The notes under the pieces were generated by a model, which was not told the DNA's origin, ran no database searches, and was given only the letters and a program-made list of their open reading frames with translations. A stretch of 64,000 bases of DNA from an uncultured Gemmatimonadales bacterium. GTDB taxonomy: Bacteria > Gemmatimonadota > Gemmatimonadetes > Longimicrobiales > RSA9. Within the stretch, counting starts at the first letter, position 1; each line of letters begins with the position of its first letter. Below are positions 51,794-64,000 of the stretch, in pieces. The position numbers were made by a program, and so were the translations under genes. The stretch is from the NCBI GenBank assembly GCA_963708135.1, contig OY970192.1, positions 4,448,001 to 4,512,000 of the forward strand, read 5' to 3'.

Positions 51794-52270
51794 TCAGCCG
51801 CGGCGCGCTGCCTCGATCGCGGCCACGTCGATCTTCTGCATGGTCATCATGCACTCGAAGGCACGCTGTGCCTCGCTGCCGCCGGCCGCGAGCGCCTCCG
51901 TCAGCACGCGCGGAGTGATCTGCCAGGACAGGCCCCACCGGTCCTTGCACCAGCCGCACGCGCTTTCCTCGCCCCCGTTGCCGACGATCGCGTTCCAGTA
52001 GCGGTCCGTTTCCTCCTGGTCGTCCGTCGCGATCTGGAACGAGAAGGCCTCGCTGTGCTTGAAGGCCGGTCCGCCGTTGAGGCCGAGGCAGGGGATACCC
52101 ACGACCGTGAACTCCACCGTCAGGACATCGCCCTCCTTGCCGCCGGGATAGTCGCCGGGCGCCTCGAACACGGCGCCCACGCTACTCTCCGGAAACGTGG
52201 CGGCGTAGAAGCGGGCCGCCTCGAGCGCGTCCTTCTCGAACCAGAGGCAAATCGTGTTCTTGGGCTTCAT
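51794..52270 (-). CDS. VOC family PhnB / 3-demethylubiquinone-9 methyltransferase-like protein
   Basis: NTICLWF, LNGGP.F.HSEAFSF and CGWCKDRWGLSWQI. Confidence 0.9.
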   Translation of the reverse strand: MKPKNTICLWFEKDALEAARFYAATFPESSVGAVFEAPGDYPGGKEGDVLTVEFTVVGIPCLGLNGGPAFKHSEAFSFQIATDDQEETDRYWNAIVGNGGEESACGWCKDRWGLSWQITPRVLTEALAAGGSEAQRAFECMMTMQKIDVAAIEAARRG

Positions 52271-52339
52271 GTTCGTATACCCCCTGGTTGGAGTGCGCAC
52301 GCCGGGAAGGGGCGAGTTGCCCCGGACGAGCCGGCGGAC

Positions 52340-54367
<2,028 letters not shown>

Positions 54368-54635
54368 GGCTATGGACAAGGATAGTGGAGGGTGTCGGTC
54401 GAGGCCAGTGCGGGCCTCGAACTGCAACGGCGGGTGGGGGTGCGGGTGAGCGTGGGGGTGGGGGTGGGGGCACGACGGGGGAGCTACGGGTGGGGGCGCC
54501 CGCTGCCTCCGGCGGATCGGCCCGGACGTTCCTGCCGGTCGGCGCATGGGAGCGCCGCGGGCGATCCTCCGTGCGGGCGAGGTGGGCGGGATGGCTGGCG
54601 TGGAAGGCGGCGCTGGGGGGCGGGCTGGTCCCTCC

Positions 54636-54810
54636 GGGTGCACAACCCGCCGCTCGTTCCCCTCCGGCGCACGGGGGGCCGATTGTGCACCCCATGCCGG
54701 CGCAACTCGCCGCTCGTTCCCTCCGGCTTCATCGAGTGGCAGGTTGGGACGGCTCCGCGTGTCTGGGCGCACTCTCGGTTCCGGACCGCCGCCGAGGGGC
54801 GGGTTGTGCA
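54636..54810. repeat. REP/MITE-like palindromic element
   Basis: 13-bp IR TGCACAACCCGCC (54639) / GGCGGGTTGTGCA (54798); inner IR GGGTGCACAA/TTGTGCACCC; ~25-bp direct repeat 60 bp apart. Confidence 0.6.
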
Positions 54811-54984
54811 GAATCCTCGGTTCCTTCTCAGCGCGCTGATAGACCCCGCGCTCCGGCCTACGCCGGACCGCCGCTGGGGCTGCGGGCGCGCACCATGCCG
54901 GAGCTCGCCGGTCCGGAGCGCGTCCGCGCGTCGTAGGGCGCGGTACGCACGCTCAGCCCCACCCGCTGTTCGTACTTCCGACGG

Positions 54985-55983
54985 TCAGGCTCTCAGCAGG
55001 GCGACCCACATGGCGTCCACCAGCATGTGCGTGATGGCGGACGCGGTGGTCCGTCGGGTGCGCAGGTAGACCCAACCGTAGGCGATGCCGGCCAGGGTGG
55101 CGAGCACGACGTAGCGCGGGTCGGGCAGGTGGGCGAGGCCGAAGATCACGGCCGCGCCGAGCAGGCCTCCCCACGGGCCGACCCACTCGACCAGCAGCCC
55201 CTGGATCATCCCCCGGAACAGCAGCTCCTCGGGCAGCGCCGTGGTGAGGTAGATGAGCAGGGCGGAGAGGAGCGCGGGGCCGGCGTGCTGCTGCGTCGCC
55301 TTCCACTGGATGAAGTGGGTCAGGAACCCGATCGGCAGCGCGACCACGGCGAAGGCGAGGAACGCGAGCAGGGCCCGTCCGATGTCGGCCGGGCGCAGCG
55401 CGAAGCTGTAGCCGAGGTCGAGGTGCCGCACGACCGTGAACAGGTAGAGCGCGTCGAGCAGCCCGAAGAAGCGCGCCGCGTCGTAGCCGACCGGCCCGGG
55501 CACGGGGATGGCCGGCAGCACGCGCAGCTCGACCGGCAGCCAGAGAACGGCGATGGCGGCGAGCTCCCGCAGCGGCGGCCGGCCCGTACGGGTGGCGCCG
55601 GGCGCGAGCAGCAGCGCGGGGAGCAGCAGGTAGGCGGGCCAGAGGGCGACGGCGCGCGCCGGGTCCTTCAGCCACGCGCTGTAGCCGGCCGCCACCGCGC
55701 CGAGCACGAGCGGCCCGGCCAGGATCCGGACCCAGCGGCCGTGCACCGCCGCGCGCAGGCGGGCCACCGTACCCGGCACGGATGGCCCGATGTAGGCGGC
55801 GGCGAGCGCGGAGCCGAGGGCGAGGCCAGGCAGCGTCGCCCACTCGGGCGAGGTGCGCATGAGCAGCACGACGAGCGCGACCCAGAGGGCGGTCGGCACG
55901 AACCGGGCGACGGCCGGCGCCGTTTCCCACGCCACGTCGGGGTCTTCCGGGATCGGTCCCGGAGCTTCGGGCGTCTGATTCAC
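54985..55983 (-). CDS. CPBP (Abi/CAAX) intramembrane metalloprotease
   Basis: EELLFRG, FGLAH and ITHMLVD motifs; multiple TMs; start uncertain. Confidence 0.9.
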   Translation of the reverse strand: MNQTPEAPGPIPEDPDVAWETAPAVARFVPTALWVALVVLLMRTSPEWATLPGLALGSALAAAYIGPSVPGTVARLRAAVHGRWVRILAGPLVLGAVAAGYSAWLKDPARAVALWPAYLLLPALLLAPGATRTGRPPLRELAAIAVLWLPVELRVLPAIPVPGPVGYDAARFFGLLDALYLFTVVRHLDLGYSFALRPADIGRALLAFLAFAVVALPIGFLTHFIQWKATQQHAGPALLSALLIYLTTALPEELLFRGMIQGLLVEWVGPWGGLLGAAVIFGLAHLPDPRYVVLATLAGIAYGWVYLRTRRTTASAITHMLVDAMWVALLRA

Positions 55984-56138
55984 GGCGGGCAAGATGCAGC
56001 CTCCCGTGATTTCCTGCCATGCCCCGGCGCCTCGATGCAAGAAAACCGGCCGGAAGCCTCGTAGAGGGCTCCCGGCCGGTTCCGTCGCGGGCGCCGGCGC
56101 TGCCCCGGGGGGCCCGGCGCTACGCCAGGCGCCGGCGC

Positions 56139-58736
<2,598 letters not shown>

Positions 58737-58807
58737 GTCCATCCCCTTTTCCATGCGCGTTCGCACCGGCGATCCGGCAGGAAGCCGGTGACCCCGCTCC
58801 ATCCTCA

Positions 58808-58823
58808 AGCAGCATTCTTGCCA
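58808..58823 (-). promoter_or_regulatory. Candidate sigma-54 promoter of lon
   Basis: TGGCAAGAATGCTGCT with GG-N10-GC spacing; AT-rich tract at ~58878-58897 upstream. Confidence 0.55.
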
Positions 58824-59360
58824 GCCCCGCGTGCCCGCGAAATCCGGCGTCCTGCCGCGAAATTCCCGTTGTTCAGTGTGTATTGAAATATAACAGCTCC
58901 CGGGCCGAAATGGCAGCCCCCGGGAACAACTGCCCGATCGGCAGCGGGGCGGTCCCTTCGCCGCCCGTCCGCCGTCGGCTGTCCACCCGCTGACCCTCTT
59001 CCGGGCTCCTCGCTGTCTCACATGGGTTCCGCCGGCCGGCGGCGGCTCGAAACCCCGTGTGCGGGTGCTTGTGCACGCTTGCGCGACCGGCTTGCGTTCC
59101 CGCGCAAAGGGGTCCCGAAAACGGCCGCGCGCCAGCGGTCCACCCGCACCCGCACACGGGTCCAATCCTCACCCACTCGGAGCCCACTCGGCATAGCGAG
59201 GAACCCTTCTCCGCCGCTCCGGCTCACTTCACCCGAGTGGGGGAGTGGGGGACGCTCGCGGCGGCGTCGGGCGCGCGGGTTGCGGCGGCCCCAGCCGGCG
59301 GGACCGTGGACGCGAACGGCAGGTCCCGACCGCCATGGGCGCATCGGTGCGGCAGCCGCG

Positions 59361-59530
59361 GTGAACTCCCCACCCGTACCCTGGCGCGGAGACGGTTGGG
59401 GAGTTGACCGCGCTATTCGTTGTCAACTCCCCACGGGTCGGAGGTCCATGGGAAGGATTGGGGACTTTACCGCGCTATTCGCAGGCAAGTCCCCAAGCGT
59501 CCATTCCACGGCCGAAGGGTGGGGACTTTC
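59361..59530. repeat. Palindromic 37-bp repeat mini-array, period 61-62 bp
   Basis: TGGGGAGTTGAC-CGCGCTATTCGTT-GTCAACTCCCCA (59397-59433) and TGGGGACTT-TACCGCGCTATTCGCAGGC-AAGTCCCCA (59459-59495), plus flanking half units. Confidence 0.75.
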
Positions 59531-59555
59531 CTACCCTCGCGGGCCAATGCGACCC

Positions 59556-59675
59556 GGCCCAGCCAGCGGAGGCCGCGCTGGCCCCGCCAGCGGACGCCGC
59601 GCCGGCCCCGCCAGTGGACGCCGCGCTGGCCCCGCCAGCGGACGCCGCCCCGGCCCCGCCAGCGGATGCCGGTCC
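59556..59675. repeat. 24-bp tandem repeat x5
   Basis: Consensus GGCCCCGCCAGCGGACGCCGCGCY, five contiguous copies. Confidence 0.9.
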
Positions 59676-59753
59676 GGCGTCTCCCACTCCCGCATTCCCC
59701 CGCTCGGGGCGGTAGCGGTGTGTGGAAGCGCGCCGGACCGGTGCTGCCGAGGC

Positions 59754-60329
59754 TCAGTGCTGCGAGCCGTTCCAGCGGCCCTGCTGCTGGCCATCGCGGC
59801 CGTGCTGCTGGCCGCCCTGCCGCTGCCCGTCCTGGCGGCCGGTCCACTGGCCGTTCTCGCGGGCGTGCCCGGCGCGCTGCTTCATCTGCTCGCGCATCCG
59901 GCTGACGTTCGCGTCGAAGGTGCGGCGCTGGCCGGAGTCGAGCACGCCGCGGATGTCCTTGAGCTCCCGCTCGCGGATCTTCCGCATCTGGTCGCGGCTC
60001 TTCTCGGTGCGCTGGAAGACCTTGCGGGCGGCGTCGTCGTCGCCACGCTGGTGGTCGGCGCGGGCCTCCTGGATGGCGGGCCGCATGCGCTCCCGGAGCT
60101 GCTTGGTCTGGTCCGCGTAGTGCTCGCGGATCTGCTGGATGCGCGAGCGCTGGCCGGAGCTCAGGTCGATGCCGCGGAAGAGGCTCTGGCCGAGCCGCTG
60201 TCCGGGCCCGCGGTCCTGCCGGGCGCCCTGCTCGGCGCGCGCGCGGCCGTGGGGGGACTGGGCGGCGAGCATGGGGGCCGCCCCGAGGGTGAGGGCCAGC
60301 GCGAGGCCGGCCATGGGAATGCGTCGCAT
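59754..60329 (-). CDS. Spy/CpxP-like periplasmic protein
   Basis: Signal peptide; LFRGIDLSSGQRSRI...VLDSGQRRTFD (LTxxQ-like pairs); AGGAGG RBS. Confidence 0.8.
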   Translation of the reverse strand: MRRIPMAGLALALTLGAAPMLAAQSPHGRARAEQGARQDRGPGQRLGQSLFRGIDLSSGQRSRIQQIREHYADQTKQLRERMRPAIQEARADHQRGDDDAARKVFQRTEKSRDQMRKIRERELKDIRGVLDSGQRRTFDANVSRMREQMKQRAGHARENGQWTGRQDGQRQGGQQHGRDGQQQGRWNGSQH

Positions 60330-60448
60330 GTGTCCTCCTGGTGTTGCGGGGCCGCCGTCCGGTGGCCGCCGCGCCTGGTTGCGCCGCGTGGGGGAGGACC
60401 GTCGCGATCCTCTGGCAACCCCTCGCGAGATGAACGTAACCCCGTGTG

Positions 60449-60468
60449 GATAAACGCTCGATTAACGC
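60449..60468. promoter_or_regulatory. Candidate OmpR-family binding site
   Basis: GATAAACGC / GATTAACGC direct repeat with 11-bp period upstream of the Spy-like gene. Confidence 0.55.
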
Positions 60469-60563
60469 GGGATGGGGGATGCGTGACACGGGAGGTGGAT
60501 GCGGCAAGCGACGCCGCCGTCGGGCGTGGAAGGGCGGACGAACCCCGCATCCCGACCCCCGCA

Positions 60564-62036
60564 TCACCGGGGGGATGGGCGGTCGGCGGGTGCGGTCCGG
60601 GCGGGCAGGGTGGCGGTAAAGGTGGTTCCTTCGGGGCCGGTCTCCTGGAGGCGGAGCGTGCCGCCGTGGGCCTCGGCGATCCAGCGGGCGATCGGCAGGC
60701 CGAGGCCGGCGCCGCCGACCTCGTCGGAGGCGCGGACCTCCTCGGCGCGGTAGAAGCGCTCGAACACGCGCTCGCGGGCGGCGGCGGGAATCCCCGGCCC
60801 GGTGTCGCGCACGGAGATCCGCACCATGGCGTCGTCCGGCTGCGCGGTCACCCTCACGCGGCCGCCGGGTGGCGTGTACTTGAGCGCATTGTCCACGAGG
60901 TTGGAGAGCATGCGGCGGAGCAGCCCCTCATCCCCCTCGACGACCAGCGGCGGCGGGGCCTCGACGGTGAGGTCGACGCCGCGCTGCTCGGCCACGCGCC
61001 CGAGGGAGCGGCCGGTGTCGCGGAGCAGCTCCGCGAGCTGGACGGGCTCGCGGCGGAGCGCCTGCTCGCCGGCGTCGGCGCGGGCGAGGGTGAAGAGGTC
61101 GTCCACGATGGTGGAGAGGCGGATGGCCTCCTCGGAGATCACGCCGAGGGTCTCGCGGTACTCGGCGCCGGGCCGCTCGGCCCTCGAGAGGGCGACGTCG
61201 GCCTCGGCCCGCAGCACGGCCACGGGCGTGCGCAGCTCGTGCGCCGCGTCTGCCATGAAGCGGCGCTGCTGCTCGAACGCGTCGTGCAGGCGCCCGAGCA
61301 GCAGGTTGAGCACGGAGGCGAGCTCGGCCAGCTCGTCGCCGGAGGCGGGCACGGGCAGGCGGTCCTCGAGCGTGGCGGCGCCGATGCGGGAGGCGCGCCG
61401 CGTCATGGCGGCGACGGGCGCGAGGCTCTGGCGTGCCAGCAGGTAGCTGCCGAGCCCCGCGAGCAGGATGCCGAGCGGGATGGCCAGCAGGAACGCCATG
61501 CGGGCGGCGGCGAGCAGCGCGTCCTCCTCGCGCGTGGAGCCGAGGACGGCCACCGTGAAGCCGCCGGGCCGGCCGCGCGGCGGGCGCAGCTCGCGGACGT
61601 AGGCGCGCACGTGCGCGGTGCCGGGCGCCGGCGGCGGCAGCACGGCGCTCCCGCCGGCGCGGAGCACCGCCTGGAGCGTCGTGGGCGCGAGCGGCGGCAG
61701 CAGGAACGGCGCGCGCGTGGGGCCGACCGGCGGCACGCGGGAGGCGGCCACGAGCCGGTCGCCCTGGTAGAAGAGGACCCGCCGGTCGGCGAAGCGGAGC
61801 CGGTCCGCGGCTTCGTTGAGCGCGGACGCGCGCGCGGAGTCGGGGACGCCCTGCGCCACCACCCGCATGCTGGAGAGGGCGGTTCGGGCCGTCTCGGCCA
61901 GGTCGCGCTCGGTCCTGCGGGAGAGGAAGCGGGCCAGGAGCGAGTAGGAGGTGGCGGCCGTCGCCAGGAGCACCACGGCCACGACCGCGGTGGACCAGAG
62001 GGTGAGGCGGACCCGCACGGGCAGCGAGCGCTTCAT
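60564..62036 (-). CDS. HAMP sensor histidine kinase
   Basis: Two TMs, DAAHELRTP, NALKYT and GAGLGL. Confidence 0.93.
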   Translation of the reverse strand: MKRSLPVRVRLTLWSTAVVAVVLLATAATSYSLLARFLSRRTERDLAETARTALSSMRVVAQGVPDSARASALNEAADRLRFADRRVLFYQGDRLVAASRVPPVGPTRAPFLLPPLAPTTLQAVLRAGGSAVLPPPAPGTAHVRAYVRELRPPRGRPGGFTVAVLGSTREEDALLAAARMAFLLAIPLGILLAGLGSYLLARQSLAPVAAMTRRASRIGAATLEDRLPVPASGDELAELASVLNLLLGRLHDAFEQQRRFMADAAHELRTPVAVLRAEADVALSRAERPGAEYRETLGVISEEAIRLSTIVDDLFTLARADAGEQALRREPVQLAELLRDTGRSLGRVAEQRGVDLTVEAPPPLVVEGDEGLLRRMLSNLVDNALKYTPPGGRVRVTAQPDDAMVRISVRDTGPGIPAAARERVFERFYRAEEVRASDEVGGAGLGLPIARWIAEAHGGTLRLQETGPEGTTFTATLPARTAPADRPSPR

Positions 62037-62713
62037 CCGGCGCCGTCCGGCTCGAGGACGTAGCCCGCGCCGCGGCGGGTCTGGATCAGTCCCGCGGCGT
62101 CGCCTTCGGCGAGCTTGCGGCGGAGCCGGTTGATGTAGACCTCGATCAGGTTGCTGGCGGGGTCGTAGCGCTCGTCCCAGACGTGGTCGGAGATCTCGGC
62201 GCGCCCGATGACGCGGCCCGGGTTGCGGACGAAGTACTCGAGCAGCGCGTACTCCTTGGTGGTCAGCTCCATCGGCTCCCCGCCGAGCGTGGCGCGCTGC
62301 GCGGCGGGATCGAGGGTGAGCGGCCCGATCTCGAGGGTGGCCGGAGCCACCGCCTCGCCGCGCCTGAGCAGCGCCCGCAGCCGGGCGAGCAGCTCCTCGA
62401 AGGAGAACGGCTTGGTCAGGTAGTCGTCCGCGCCCGCGTCGAGGCCGCGCACCCGGTCGGCCACGGCGTCGCGGGCGGTCAGCATCAGGATGCGCGCGGG
62501 GTTCTCGCGCTCCCGCAGCCGGCGCGCCACCTCCATGCCGTCGGGCTCGGGGATCCCGATGTCCAGCACGATGGCATCGTAGGGGTTGACGTTGCCGAGG
62601 AAGAGCGCGTCCTTGCCGGTGCGCGCCACGTCCACGGCGTACGCGTTCTCGCGCAGCCCCTTCTCGAGGATTCGCGCGAGTCGGACATCGTCCTCCACCA
62701 CCAGCACCCGCAT
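62033..62713 (-). CDS. OmpR-family response regulator
   Basis: MRVLVVEDD, GADDYLTKPF, VYINRLRRKL and TRRGAGY. Confidence 0.95.
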   Translation of the reverse strand: MRVLVVEDDVRLARILEKGLRENAYAVDVARTGKDALFLGNVNPYDAIVLDIGIPEPDGMEVARRLRERENPARILMLTARDAVADRVRGLDAGADDYLTKPFSFEELLARLRALLRRGEAVAPATLEIGPLTLDPAAQRATLGGEPMELTTKEYALLEYFVRNPGRVIGRAEISDHVWDERYDPASNLIEVYINRLRRKLAEGDAAGLIQTRRGAGYVLEPDGAG

Positions 62714-62850
62714 CGCTGCCTCCCCGGCCCCGGCGCGCGGCGGAACGGCCGCCGGCCACGGGACCATTGACTATCCGCGCCCGCGGAGCGCATGGATAGG
62801 GTCCCCTCTGCAGCGCGGCGGTACCGCCATCCCCCGGCCAGGAGCGTCCC

Positions 62851-64000
62851 GTGCCCACGCGTCCCGAGACCCTGTACACCCAGGAGATCCGCTTCGCCGT
62901 CGTAATGTACGGTGGCGTGTCGCTCGCGATCTACATGAACGGCATCGCGCAGGAGCTCCTGCGCATGGTGCGCGCGACGGCGCCGGACCCGCGCGACCCC
63001 GGCCGCGTGCTCCTCGCGGACGAGGAGCTGGACGGCTCGGAGCGGGCGTACCGCAAGCTGGGGCAGATCCTCAGCCGGGGCGAGCCGCTGCCGGAGCGGG
63101 CGGAGGCGGCCTCCGACGCGCCGATCCGGACCCGCTTCGTGGTCGACGTGATCTCGGGCACCTCCGCCGGCGGCATCAACGGGATCTTCCTGGCCAAGGC
63201 GCTGGCCAACGCGCAGTCGCTCGACGGGCTGCGCCGGCTGTGGATCCGCGAGGGCGACCTCGCGCGGCTGCTGAACGACCGCGCCTCGGTCGCCGACCTC
63301 TCGCCGCTCGCGCCCTCCGTGCCCCCGCGCGCGCTGCTGAACGGCGAGCGCATGTACGTCGAGCTGCTCCGGGCGTTCCGCGGGATGGAGGCAGGCGCGC
63401 CGGACGGGGCCGCAGGCGCGCCGTGGACGCGCGCCGGCGCGGGCGCCGTGGTGTCGCCGTTCGTCGATGAGCTCGACCTGTTCGTCACCACCACGGACAT
63501 CCGCGGCACCGTCGTGCCGCTCCGGCTCACCGACGAGGTGGCGCGCGAGCTCCGCTACCGCGACGTCTTCCACTTCCGCTACCGGCCCGGCAGCCCGCAG
63601 GCCGCCGGCGCCACCGGGCGCAACGACTTCGCGGCCAGCGAGAACCCGGTGCTCGCCTTCGCCGCCCGCTGCACCTCGTCCTTTCCCTTCGCCTTCGAGC
63701 CGATGCGGGCCGACACGGCCAGGCGGCTGCTGCGCCTGTTCCCGGGGCCGGCCGCCGCGTCCGAGCGGCCGGTGGACGCGGCCGCGCTGCGCCAGTACCT
63801 GCGCGGCTTCTCGTCGCCCGCTGCGGATGGGGCGGAGGTGGTCGAGCGCTCCTTCGGCGACGGCGGCTATCTCGACAACAAGCCGTTCAGCTACGCCATC
63901 GATGCGCTCTCGCACCGGCGCGCGGCGCTGCCCACCCAGCGCAAGCTCGTCTACGTGGAGCCCGACCCCGAGCACCCGGAGCTGGCCGGCCAGGCCGCGG
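62851..64000 (+). CDS. Patatin-like protein (DUF3376-associated type), runs off the window
   Basis: EIRFAVVMYGGVSLAIYMNG, GTSAG and DGGYLDNKPF; AGGAG RBS before GTG; not in the ORF track because it has no stop. Confidence 0.88.
   Translation, partial: MPTRPETLYTQEIRFAVVMYGGVSLAIYMNGIAQELLRMVRATAPDPRDPGRVLLADEELDGSERAYRKLGQILSRGEPLPERAEAASDAPIRTRFVVDVISGTSAGGINGIFLAKALANAQSLDGLRRLWIREGDLARLLNDRASVADLSPLAPSVPPRALLNGERMYVELLRAFRGMEAGAPDGAAGAPWTRAGAGAVVSPFVDELDLFVTTTDIRGTVVPLRLTDEVARELRYRDVFHFRYRPGSPQAAGATGRNDFAASENPVLAFAARCTSSFPFAFEPMRADTARRLLRLFPGPAAASERPVDAAALRQYLRGFSSPAADGAEVVERSFGDGGYLDNKPFSYAIDALSHRRAALPTQRKLVYVEPDPEHPELAGQAA

Noticed and set aside
25322..52300. Integron or shufflon explanation for the patchwork region
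   Set aside because: No recurring attC-like or inversion site found between genes and no recombinase in the window
54432..54470. G-rich hexamer run (possible G-quadruplex) upstream of the thiC promoter
   Set aside because: Common low-complexity tract in such GC-rich intergenic DNA; no evidence of function
59361..59530. Calling the mini-array a true CRISPR
   Set aside because: Only two full, non-identical repeats, short spacers, and no cas genes or leader; kept as a repeat finding

Overview
Very GC-rich bacterial DNA, probably Gemmatimonadota (inferred from repeated TIGR02999-type ECF sigma/Ser-Thr kinase pairs, three DUF1080 genes and lineage-typical lipoproteins). The flanks carry ordinary genes: SURF1, acyl-CoA ligase, M13 peptidase, an NtrC-type system, thiC with its TPP riboswitch, a CPBP protease, lon, a Spy/CpxP-like gene with an OmpR/HK pair, and a partial patatin-like gene. 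About 25.3-52.3 kb is a plasticity zone downstream of thiC, full of ECF/kinase modules, foreign-looking ORFs and about eight deletion/fusion scars. Main leads: (1) an ECF sigma coupled to a 1.6-kaa soluble kinase / dead-cyclase / STAND NTPase / TPR protein plus DUF4242, divergent from DUF1326-DUF2182; (2) a synonymously diverged 49-bp copy of the thiC 3' region 4.7 kb downstream, resembling an att-site scar; (3) an in-frame amidohydrolase/DUF3626-like chimera; (4) a palindromic ~61-bp-period mini-array with covarying stems near lon. I found no rRNA, tRNA, cas, integrase, transposase or reverse transcriptase gene. All family calls come from reading motifs by eye, not from database searches.
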